From Paraspadella gotoi (taxonomy: Eukaryota > Animalia > Chaetognatha), in contig CM119269.1 in assembly GCA_051294375.1 (NCBI GenBank), positions 7,421,446 through 7,485,445 on the forward strand: a DNA stretch of 64,000 nucleotides, written 5' to 3'. Below, piece after piece: positions 38,433 through 49,159 of the stretch. Within the stretch, counting starts at the first letter, position 1, and every line of letters starts with the position of its first letter. A model generated the notes under the pieces. The model saw nothing but the letters and a program-made list of their open reading frames with translations. It made no database searches and had not been told where the DNA came from. The position numbers were made by a program, and so were the translations under genes.

Positions 38433-39860
38433 GAGTCATCGAACAAAAAAAAGCCTGCACAGTCTTGAGACGTGATGATTGATGGCCGTCCAAGGGACAC
38501 GGAGCCGCATCTTTATGGTTTCCCGTATTTTGTTGGAATAACAGACTGTATCGCAGGAGAGATTACCGTTAAGAGCCTATCGCGTCCCCGACCTGGAGTA
38601 AGCGAGGGTATTGTGTAATGGTAATCTCTCTCTTGGACCGTGTACGATGCTTCGGTCCCCGGACCTGGTAAGGCGAGGGTATTGGTAAATGGTAAGGTTT
38701 AAAGTATTTCCTCTTTCTTGAATAATTACAAATTGAACTTCTTTACAGCTCCGGCGCCCCTTTTCAGCAATCTCTCTTCTCCCCCCCGTCCCATATTAGC
38801 CTCTTTTCCACACCCCTAATATAATAACCATTTCATTTTTCCCCACTCTCTCTCCAACTTCACCCACAACTTCTTAGGCTCTTTGGCCCATTTCCTACGC
38901 AAAGACTCGCAATGAACCGAAAGAGGGTTCAGCTCAAATCTTGGAAAAAGATGGTCACGGAAATTCTCTCCGCTTTGACTTACCTTCATTCGCGATGCGT
39001 GAGGCGGGGAAAAAAAAAAAAGGAGGGGTATAGGTAAAGGAAAATTTAAAAAATGAATCAGCATTCAATAACGGCGTAAGTGAAAAGTTACGTACGGAAA
39101 ATTCTAAAGTTCAATTATGAACAACATACCCTAAGTGAACATAATTTGTAAAAAAAAATAATTTTAGCTTTTTAATTTTCGCAGTAGGCATATTTAATAT
39201 AGTACTATCCTTATAAAATCGAAAATTTTCAAATAGGCTTTTCTTAATTTTGATTGCAGAATTTGAATTCCTCGATCAATGATATAATAAAAATATAAAT
39301 AAACTTCATTAAGTGGGAAAAATACAAAACATATATATATAAAAAGAATTATCATAATAATCCTTTTTCTATATTGACCCACTAATGAAGAATAAAAATA
39401 GTATATTACTTATCAACTTTTATGACGAATCCAAATCTGCCAAAAAAATCTTACAAAAAACTGTTTTTTGAAATTTTAACATTTATTGGATTAGTACTAG
39501 TATAAATATGGCCTTACTGCGTAAATGTAAAATTTATTATATAAATTTTTAACATAAATGTCATAGAAATGTGCTCTCAACTTTTGAATTTTAATTAAAG
39601 TTAAATTTTTAGAAATTTTATACGCCTTAGTATTCATTTTGTAATTATTCAAGAAAGAGGAATATACTTTAAACTTACCATTTACCAATACCCTCGCCTT
39701 ACCAGCGTCGGGGACGATAGGCTCTACACGGTAATCTTTCCTGCGATACAGTCTGTTATCCACAAAATCGGGAAAACCATAAGATCGGCTCCGTGTCCTT
39801 GGAGGCCATCAATCATCACGTCCAAGACTTGCTTAGGTTTTTTTGTTCGATTGATCGATT
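38433..39860. repeat. ~220-300-bp inverted repeats (38433-38735 vs 39636-39860) flanking the flipped NRBP exon
   Basis: gacgtgatgattgatggcc...gacacggagccg...cagactgtatcgcagg...ttggtaaatggtaag...tttcttgaataattacaaa and its reverse complement. Confidence 0.85.
38878..38998 (+). CDS. NRBP1: NRBP/Madm exon (subdomains V-VIa) on the opposite strand
   Basis: ttag|gc: GSLAHFLRKTR.NRKRVQLKSWKKMVTEILSALTYLHS vs NRBP1 GSLKQFLKKTKKNHK...AWKRWCTQILSALSYLHS. It completes the G|GC codon from exon 41073-40938. Donor gtgagg. Confidence 0.9.
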
Positions 39861-40937
39861 GTTGATTATTGTTTTATTCAATCTCTCTCTTTNNNNNNNN
39901 NNNNNNNNNNNNNNNNNGGAGAACGAGAGAATTGGACTTTTGCTATTGTTTGCGCTTCTATTTTTTTTTTCTAATTTCTTAACGGGCATTGAAATTTTTA
40001 AAGAATTCGGTCGGCGATTTTACTTTCTTAATAGTCAGGATGTCCACTAATCAAAGACATACACCCTTGACATACATACAGACATACAGCGCTTCATCGA
40101 TTAAATGAAAACTTCATTATAAAGCAATATACAATGAAAGTTTCGGTACAACAGTAGTCCTGTTAACTCGGCTTGCTTTTTACAAGTACAATATTAATAA
40201 ATAATGCGAAGTGTTCCAAACTCTTTAATCAAGCCTTATCATCAATGACTAAACTACCTGGAAATAATAGTAGTCCTGAATTAATGTTAACTCAGTGTCT
40301 ATGCAGTAGCAAATGAGATTAATAAACTCAATTTTCTATATAAACCAAAAGTTTATTTTTTATAGAGTAAATGTTATTTTTAAATTTTTTGATAAGCATC
40401 TACTAAACCTCGGTATTACTACTAAACTAGGCGTTGAAATTCGTCTTCGTTTTTTGATCTCGAAAAGTCTTTTTTTTTTCTCAATTGAAATTGGATCGAC
40501 TTTTAATTTCAAATTGGATCCTTGAACCGGTGAAGACTGAGAACCGTGAAAATGGGGGGGCGGTGAGTGAGAGTAAGGGGGCTTAAAAACATAGGTGATT
40601 AGGTGAATGCGAGAGATTAAAGAGTGAGCAGTGAGTAGAGAATTGGAGGTGATTTTAAGTGGGCGAGGGAAAAGAAGTGAGAAAGTCTGAAAAAAAAGAA
40701 TGAAAAGGATTTTTGATATATTTTTTTTATCCCAACATATTTTCTAATATCAACAGAAAAAAAAACTGAGTGGAGAAAGACCCAATGTTTACACTAAACA
40801 GCGCGAGGTGAAAATGATTGGATCGAAATTCGATCTGATGCTCGGGATAAGTTTACGACGACGACGACGACAGTGATGATTGATAACGACGATAACGATG
40901 ATTATGATGAGGATGACTCATCGCCAAAACCCATTAC

Positions 40938-41073
40938 CCGAGGACATGTACTCCTTGATAAATACGACTCTCGGTTGATCCGTGTTCTCAGAGTCCATCC
41001 AGTATTTGTGAAACTTCATGATGTTCGGGTGATCCAGTTGGATGAGGTGATCGAAAACGCTCGCGATTTTTTC
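40938..41073 (-). CDS. NRBP1: NRBP/Madm exon (subdomains III-V)
   Basis: EKIASVFDHLIQLDHPNIMKFHKYWMDSENTDQPRVVFIKEYMSSG vs NRBP1 EKVRAVFDNLIQLEHLNIVKFHKYWAD...RVIFITEYMSSG. Confidence 0.95.
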
Positions 41074-41164
41074 CTGTCACAGAAAAAAAAACGAAAGAAA
41101 AAAAATAAATTTCTAAAAATAATATATAAAATATTAATTACAATCCGGCGGAGAAAATATTTTT

Positions 41165-41750
41165 GCATACAATTGAAAGACATTCTTTTGAAATATTTTC
41201 CACTTGCATATGATAGGGAAGCCAAGTACTCTGGGAGTGAATAAACGGACTGTGAGAGAGTCTTGATTGAAAAGCTTGCAGGGACCTGCTATGTCATTAT
41301 CTTGTAAGAGTGATGGAGGCCTTAAACCACCAAAAGCCTGTCGCAAAGTCAGGGGCAAGATAGCTTATTTATTAAATGAATGGATAATTTTTATATTGGT
41401 TGTACCAATTTCATAAAAATTTCAGCTGCCTTTATTTTGATGCTAGTGGCGGAGTAACAAATAAGTATTCCCCGATCTAATACTTAGGGAGTGGTCCTTT
41501 TTCATACAATTGAAACATTCTTGAATATTTTCCACTTTCATTGATAGGGAAGCCAGTACTTCTGGGAGTCGAATAACGGGACTGTGAGAGAGTCTTGATT
41601 GAAAGCTTGCAAGGGGGAACTTGCTATCGTCATTATCTTGTAAGAGTGATGGAGGCCTTTAACCACAAAAGCTGTTCCAAGGAGGTCAGTGGGCAGATAG
41701 CTTATTTTATTAATGGAATGGATAATTTTTATATTGGTTGTACAATTTCC
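41165..41750 (+). repeat. ~245-bp tandem duplicated repeat (41165-41412, 41503-41750); partial copies at 38226-38285 (+) and 44148-44222 (-)
   Basis: Shared catacaattgaaa...actgtgagagagtcttgattgaaa...aatggataatttttatattggttgtac. Confidence 0.85.
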
Positions 41751-41939
41751 ATATCCTTGTTCTCGAGAAAACTCTTACATCCGGAAAATATCTGTTACAT
41801 TCTGGAAAGAAAGCCTTTCTTTCTATTTTGGTCTTTCACACCTCGTACGAAATCATTCTGTAAGTACTACTATATGTATGGTCCTAGTTAGTAGTCTATT
41901 TCTATATAGCTATATACCGCACTATATTGTGATTCTTAC

Positions 41940-42064
41940 CTTGTTGATTCTTTAACTTTTTTCGCTCTCGGAGAAAAGCATCTCGCTCCAAACGACCTCA
42001 AGCCTTCTTCAGTGTCCAATCGCGAGGTAATAAGGACGCGTCGCCTGCCCGGTGAATGTCGTTT
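41940..42064 (-). CDS. NRBP1: NRBP/Madm exon (subdomains I-II), with indels
   Basis: The corrected reading PG.DASYLA.DTEEG.EVVWSEMLFSERKK matches NRBP1 PGIDSAYLAMDTEEGVEVVWNEVQFSERKN. Donor gtaaga. Confidence 0.88.
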
Positions 42065-42189
42065 CTGTCGCGTATAATAAGGGGGGAAACAATCAATCAA
42101 TCGAGTACAAGCAAGAGCTTTAATTCCATGTCATTCGTCAATCAAACGTACATTAATCAAATCGATTATCAAACAATTCGTCAGTTTAT

Positions 42190-42485
42190 GGAACAGCCGG
42201 GTTTGCCTGTGATGCCCATTGCGGATGGGGCATCCTCAACTGTTTGCCTTTGGTCGGGCTTCCCGACCCTCCAGTGACGCCTCTCAGTCACTGGCGCGGT
42301 TACCCTAGGAGGGTCTCGCTTTTGGCAACCGCAGAAGAGGCGAAGTCCGTTAGCGACTGCTGGATTGAACCACATCACGCCTGTGGATGGTGTGCTTGCC
42401 GCCCTCTGGCCAATGGCGTATTCTGGCTGGACGGTATGCGTGGACGTGACGCGGTTGTGAACTATACCGCCACACAGTCCTTTTT
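42190..42485. other. GC-rich hairpin-dense intronic element, structured RNA candidate
   Basis: Consecutive stems GATGCCC/GGGCATC, GGTCGGG/CCCGACC, CCAGTGAC/GTCACTGG, GCGGTTACC/GGCAACCGC and GCGGT/ACCGC. It ends in TTTTT. Confidence 0.45.
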
Positions 42486-42648
42486 GCAATACACATCATC
42501 ACACAATGCAACGTTCAATTCAATCATCAAAGTATATCACAATAACAAAGCGCCACGGAAAAATAATTTAAATTAATAAATCAATAAACATCAGTAGGGT
42601 TGGATTAATCAAAACAAGCACATCAAATCAAACAATCAAATCCCTTGC

Positions 42649-43019
42649 CTGCATGACTTTCTCTTTTTCCGTCTTCTGCCCATCTTCTGCATACGGCACT
42701 CTCCTCCAGGATCTTTCCTTATCGAATTCAATCCTCGGTCTTCCGACGACCCGACAACGACGACGACGCACCGCCGGACTGACGACGACGTTCGTCGCGG
42801 GCTGCGAATTCACGGCGCTCTAGTCGCGCCGGGCGCGCTTGGCGTCGGCGGGCGTGGCGCCGCGTCGCCGAAAAGCGCATCCGGAGCTCTGGTGCCGGCA
42901 AGAAAGGGCGCGGGGGTGAGACGCCGGGTTTTGGGACGTTGAACGCCGCAGTGGCGACGCGCGCAGGTCGAACTGAATGGAAGCGGCGGCGATGTAGGAA
43001 ATGAAGCCGAGCGATCACT
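42649..43019 (-). CDS. NRBP1: NRBP/Madm exon (N-terminal acidic region and kinase start), with indels
   Basis: The corrected reading SEDEDEFDKEKILEESPCRRWQKRKEKVMQ matches NRBP1 ESEDESEILEESPCGRWQKRREEVNQ. The donor reads gcaagg. Confidence 0.85.
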
Positions 43020-44339
43020 CTGTGTTGATTAACTTTTAATTAAACATAGTTATCTTATTATACTGTTGTTTTCGCACAAGTTAAATAGTTTATTTAAAAA
43101 AAATTGTTGACATAGTGAAAATAGCTTTCTTTCGTTGCGTTTAAAAAATTTTATATCCATATATATAATATATATATAATTTGTTTACAAACAAACGAGT
43201 TTTATTTTTCAAATAAACGACGTCCGTTGTTTGTAAACAAAAATAAACTTTGTTTTCTCTCTTAAAAAATTGTTAAAAATAATCGTTTTCTAAGGGATTG
43301 GTGATTGGTGAAAGCTCCAGCCTCGAGGCATAGTTAGTTTGTCAGTTAACCTTTCAAAACGGAATTACTTACAAGTTGTACGTCTTTAATGTACATAAAA
43401 TTAATTTATCATACGTTAGCATATACAAGAGTTCATTCCTTCAATTTCGTGACGATTTTTTTTGTCCGATTAAATGTGAAGTTTTTTGGGGCTGAAGAAA
43501 ATGAAGTGAATGAGCCAACGAAAAAAACTTTAAATCTTAAAACGAAAGAAAAACTATTTTATGAGATTAATTAAATGAAAATAATCCAATGCTTTTCTTC
43601 TCTTGAATAAAGCTCTGCGATAACATTCAAGCAATAATTAATGCTATTAAAAATCGAAAAAATGTTATTGAATAAACCTAAAGAAAGCATTTAATAATGC
43701 GACAAGAAGGGGAAAAAATAAAGTTAAAAAAAAAGAGAAGATATAAAAAATTAAAAGGGAAACATCGTGGGGGACAATTACAACCCCTTAAAGAAAACAA
43801 GACAGGAAATACCTTCCAATGATTATTCGACGACGATGATAATGACGACGATGACGACGACGACGACGACAACGATGAACGTGATACTCTCCCCTCGATT
43901 TTATCTCGACTTTTCTCAACTGATCTTTTCCAGTCGCGAATTCCAAAAAAAAAAAAGAAACAAGAAAGCAAAACAAACAAAACGAAACGGATCCGTCACA
44001 CCTTAAAGATTACAGTTTTAAAAAGAATTTTTGAAGGTTATTCAAGTGTACTACTAAGTTATTTACGATCACTAAAAAACAACGCGAAAACCAAAACAAA
44101 CGGACTGTAAACCAAACAAAATAGAACAAAACCATTTTATATATTAAATTGGTACAACCAATATAAAAATTATCCATTCATTTAATAAATAAACTATATT
44201 GCCCCTGACTTTGGACAGGCTATATTATTAGACATTAGAGCCACGTAAAACTTTTTGAGAACTAATAATAATAATAGTAATATGCGATAAAAATAAAACG
44301 ATTTTCTGCGACTCTTAAAAAAGTGACAAATTTGACGAC

Positions 44340-44660
44340 CTGATTGTAATCGCTGGAATTAATGCCACTGGCTTCTCCACCCTCAACGGAGGAGGAATTG
44401 TTGTTGTTGTTCACGCTATTGCGGTTGGCGCCGATATTGGTAGCGTTGGCGCCGCTGTTGTTAGTGTTGGCACCGCCGTTGTTAGCGTTGGCGCTGCCGT
44501 TGGTATCGTTAGCGTTGCTGCCGATCGCGTTGGCGCTGTTGTTGGTATCGTTAGCGTTGCTGTTGTTAGCGTTGGCGCCGCTGTTGGAGGCGGTGGCGTT
44601 GTTGGCGACGTTCGGTTCTACGACGATGTTGTTCGGCGTCGCTCGTTGAGAATTTTCGCT
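44340..44660 (-). CDS. Asn/Ala-rich low-complexity exon, probably the NRBP N-terminus
   Basis: 321-bp phase-0/0 exon (cag|...cag|gt): SENSQRATPNNIVVEPNVANNATASNSGANANNSNAND...DYNQ. Confidence 0.6.
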
Positions 44661-45232
44661 CTGTTATTTTTTGGGTAGAAAATGAAAAGTGAAAAAAGTT
44701 TCTCATTCAAAATATAATTAAAGGGAAAAGATTATCCCCCTTTCTTAGTCGGTCGGTTAGTCATTGTGCAAAGTTTTCTTTGCAACGATTTGGGTCTTTT
44801 TTTTCCCCCTAAAAAATCTGGCAAAAAAATTTTGACTGATGATTGATTGGTTTCTGTTTTCGGTTAAACTAAAAAAATTCTTTCTTAGTAATCGACACAA
44901 AATATTTCATTCTTAATTAAAACCCCCGGTCGAGTTTCTTCAAAACTTTTGTACGAATAATTTTTTTTTTTTTTTAATTTTTCAGTCAACGAAAATGAAA
45001 TGGAATGATTTTTCAAAACAACAAAATTATGCGTTGAGTGAGAGAAAAGACTACGATATTGTAAATTTATTGTAGCCAACAGTATTACAAATCGCGAAAA
45101 ACGAGAGCGAGAGTTTTCGGACTTGAAATCGGATCAAAACGAAAGAAAACAAAGCGAGAGACAGAGAGAAACCGACAGAGTTAGAGTAACCCGCCGAACC
45201 TTCGAAAAAACAACGAAAACATAACAAGCTCA

Positions 45233-45287
<55 letters not shown>

Positions 45288-45643
45288 GTCGAAAAATTCA
45301 TATTTGATTAAAAACAGAGAAGGAGAGAGAAATGGGTAGAAGAAAATAGATTTTAAAAAATTGATATTTGATTTTTAAAGAGAAAAAGGAAAAGAGAAAA
45401 CGAGAAAGAAGAAGAAAAAGAGAAGAGGATAAGAAAATGGAGAGTGAGAGAAAGAAAGACACAGAGAGAAATGAGTAAAGATAAGAAGATAGAAAACTAC
45501 TAAAAAGATACAAAATAAAAAACAAAAATTAAAGAGAGAATATTGAAATTCAGTTTTAAAATATATGCATAGTTAAAACAGACAGAATGAGAGTAGATTA
45601 GTTTTTGAAAAAAAAGGGGACTGGCGTAAAAATAAATATTCAT

Positions 45644-45799
<156 letters not shown>

Positions 45800-46723
45800 G
45801 ACAGAGAGAGAGAGAGACAGAGAGAGAAAGCGGTCGAAAAAGAGAGAGAGCTCTCACGACGAGTGAGTCATGATTTTTGGGCTGAGACAATGAAAAAAAA
45901 TTCCCACTCCTTTGAAAAGCTTTCAAGAAAACTGCCACAGTTCCTAGAATTAAAATGAATATTATTTTTTTTTTAATATCGTTTACATCTTTGTCATAAA
46001 TTTTTCAACCCCCCCTTTTTTAAACTCGGCCGACTGAAACAAGTCTGAAGAAGAAAAAATTAAACTTACGCATAAAAAAAATGTAAAAGTGATAAAACAG
46101 GTTCGAGAGAACTGTATCCGTTTCGCGAGATCGAAAAAAAAAGTTCGTGATTGACGGTTTTGAAAACCACTTAAGTTAATGAAGTCGGAACTAAGAAGCG
46201 TTAGTCATAAATTTCGTTGAAAATGTTTTTAGTAGTGGGGTACACTGAAATCTACAACGACTTGCCTCGCTGTCTCTTGAGCTTTCTTTTGGATAATATA
46301 AACCGCAAAGGGACTTCAATGAGTTAAGGCACAAAATTTCAGAACAAGATAAAAAATCCATCTTTTTTTTTTTCAAATTTGTTTTTTAATTCGAGTAAAA
46401 TGTTTCACCCAACTTCGGAAGTGAAATTGCAAAAAGTTTTTTTTTGGTGAGAAATTTCAACAACAATCAGTTAAATAATTTTTTCCATTCCGTGAATTTT
46501 TTATAATTTCCGTATAATTTATAAATTTAAAACGTTATCAAATTTCATGTTTTTTTGTTTTATGTTTTTCGATTGTGTCAACTCTGTTTTGGTTCGACAG
46601 ATGTCGCGTTTGTTTTGGAATCGAAAATCGGAATTTGTTTTGGAATGAGATTAAGATTTTTTAGGTTTTTTTGGTTTTTTTTAGAAGTCACTGGGATATT
46701 TGCTCTCTCGACTCTTGACTCAC

Positions 46724-46766
46724 CGGATGAGATTCCCAATCTCGGGCCAGAATTTTCAGTCTCCAT
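46724..46766 (-). CDS. candidate first coding exon of the NRBP gene
   Basis: ATG GAG ACT...TCC G|gtgagt (METENSGPRLGISS). The phase is off by 1 nt relative to the next exon, implying an indel or a missing exon. Confidence 0.35.
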
Positions 46767-49001
46767 GGCAACGGGATGTCACAGTGACCCTGAACAAAGA
46801 AAGGGGCGAAGAGCCCGCCGCCGTTAAATGTCACCTTTGATGTTGGGAATTGTTCACGAATATATTAAACGGTATAAAAGGGACGACAGAGATGTAAGGC
46901 TGGAAAAAAAGGTTAGAGATTTTGAATCTATAGCTAGGATCTGAAATTAAACACCATTTTTAAAATTTAAAGAATAAAATTAAACCCAACCAATTCCGAA
47001 CTTCCCAATGAATTTAATTTATTCTTTTATACGAATGTCAATTGATTAATTTATAGTCGATTAAATGATGTTTTTGATGGGATTGATATCCGTAAAAGTT
47101 CTTTATATTCAAATAAACTAATTAAGAATAATTGCGGATTAACATTCCTAAAAATCGATGGCGAGAAATGACAAAGAGAGGAAGCGGTGCCGAAACTTTA
47201 AAGGCTTGAGGACATGATGACATGAACAAAAAAAGAGGAGAAAAAATATATAAAAATCAAACAAGATTAGACGAAGGAAGACAAAACAGGTATTAGACAA
47301 TTGACAATTAGATAAGAGTCAAGAAAATCAAAACGAATTTAAAGTTTTAAAAATGATAGAAAAACAAATGAAAAGATAAAAAGTAAAAGCAAAACAAGGC
47401 GGGCGCTGAGCAAAGACGAACGTGACCAAATTTAAAATAATCTCGAAAAAAAAAAGCCATTTAGGTGTGAAAAAAGTGCAGGTTTGACTGAGAAAATTAA
47501 ATGGTTATAAACGGAATTAAAAAAGGTTAACGCGACTCGGAAAAACTCGGAAATATAAAGACATCGGGTTAAATATGGAACTTGGAAACTTTTAAAAAAT
47601 TTAAAGCTTGGAAAATTGAAAATACCCGCAAAGGAAAAAAAACCGAAGCAAAATCGACGGACGAAAAAAAAATAAAACAAAAGTTTTAACGCTGAATTAA
47701 ACTGGAGAGAGAGACGAGAGAGAGAGAGGAGAGAGAGAGAGACGAGAGAGAGCAGAAAGAGAGAGAGAGAGAGAGAAAGAGACAGAGAGAGGTTGTAAAA
47801 AGGAAGTGGGTGCCGGACAGTAAGAGGCAATAGACCAAGTAATTCGCCGTTCCTCTGTCGCTGCTAACGGGAACAAACAGAGAGAGAGATGACGAGAGAC
47901 CGAGAGAGATATGAGAAAGAGAGGCAGAGCAGCAGAGAAGAGACAACGAGACGAGAGAAGAGAGATTTTAACAATAATGCGATTACTAGGAAAGGAAAAG
48001 GATTTTTTTTACTAATTTTACTTTTTACTTTAAAATCTTTACAACTGTACAAATAAGGTTTTAAATTCTGTCGAACGCATTGTATTTTCAAAAGGGTTTT
48101 CAAAGAAATTAGCCAAATATTTTTGTTTATTTTTTTTTTTTGAAAACGAAACAAAATTTTTTCTTTTTAAGCGAATTTTGTTTTATTTAGAAATTAAAGA
48201 GAGAGAGAGAGAAGAGAGGAGAGGAGAGAGAGAGGAGAGAGAGAGAGAGAGAGACAGACGAGAGCAGAGAGGAGATGAAAAAAAAGCAAGAAAGATAGAA
48301 AAAAAAGGAAAGAAAGAAAGAAAGCAAGCAAGCCAAGCAAGCAAGCAAGCACAGCAAGCAAGTCAAGCAAGCAAGCAAGAAAGAAAGAAAGACTCAAGAA
48401 AGAGAAGATAAGAAAGAAGAAAGAAAAGGAAAGATTAAGAAAAGAAAGAAAGAAAAAACCGTCCGTTAGAGCAGCGACTAATTAGAGAAAATAACAAACA
48501 TAATTTAACTTTAAGGCTGATCGAAGACGTCCCGTGAAGAGCGCTGTCGGAATCGAGCGGACACGGACAAAATATCTCGCCTCAACGGCGCATTTGCAGA
48601 GCCGGCCGAAAACCGACGAATCAGAGAGCTAACGAACAAGCACAAGACTTAAAAGTATTATTCACAGCCTCTTGAAGATTGAAAACGTCTTTTTAGTGTT
48701 TATTTGTAGAATATTCAATGTACAATGACGATCATTACAGTTTATCGCTAAACTACTCGATGTTACCTTTCGTTCGACATGTATTTTAACAATTGTTTAT
48801 TGGTATCGAACTAATTGTAAAACGTATCTTTTGTATCCATTAAACAAAACAAACGGATCAAGTGCATCTGGTTAAAATTTACTCGTGCTTCGATCAGGTC
48901 CGAATCGCAAATATTTTAAGCGTATTGTAATTGTTATTATCGTCGCTCGTAATTATCAAATGATAAAATAAACTTTACTTATGCCAAAAAGTGCCCTTTA
49001 A

Positions 49002-49020
49002 TGCGTGAGCCCGACGTGAT
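49002..49020 (+). promoter_or_regulatory. primer-binding site, tRNA-Trp
   Basis: tgcgtgagcccgacgtgat approximates TGGTGACCCCGACGTGAT, the complement of the tRNA-Trp 3' end. Confidence 0.8.
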
Positions 49021-49159
49021 ATTTATTTTTTTTTTCTGGCCATTCTGACTTCCAGGTCCTTTTTTAAGACCGTGAACGGGATCGTATCTAAAAAATTTTC
49101 TAAGGGTTAACTCCTTTTCTTTCTCCGCCAACCGCCCCTCTGTTTTTTCCAAGACGGTC

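Noticed and set aside
40170-40262. Missing NRBP subdomain VIb-VII exon (a GLIK-like string on the minus strand)
   Set aside because: It is AT-rich, has stops, lacks IIHGNL and is in the wrong position in the exon order.
42190-42485. Identity as SRP, RNase P/MRP, 7SK or telomerase RNA
   Set aside because: The resemblance is only superficial (GCCGGG..GCCTGT, GAAGTCCG, TACCCTA). SRP helix 8, CR-I/CR-V pairing, GAUC motifs and a full template were not found.
48517-48534. Hammerhead-like ctgatcgaagac just before the 5' LTR
   Set aside because: There is no stem II partner or GAAAC on either side of the insertion.
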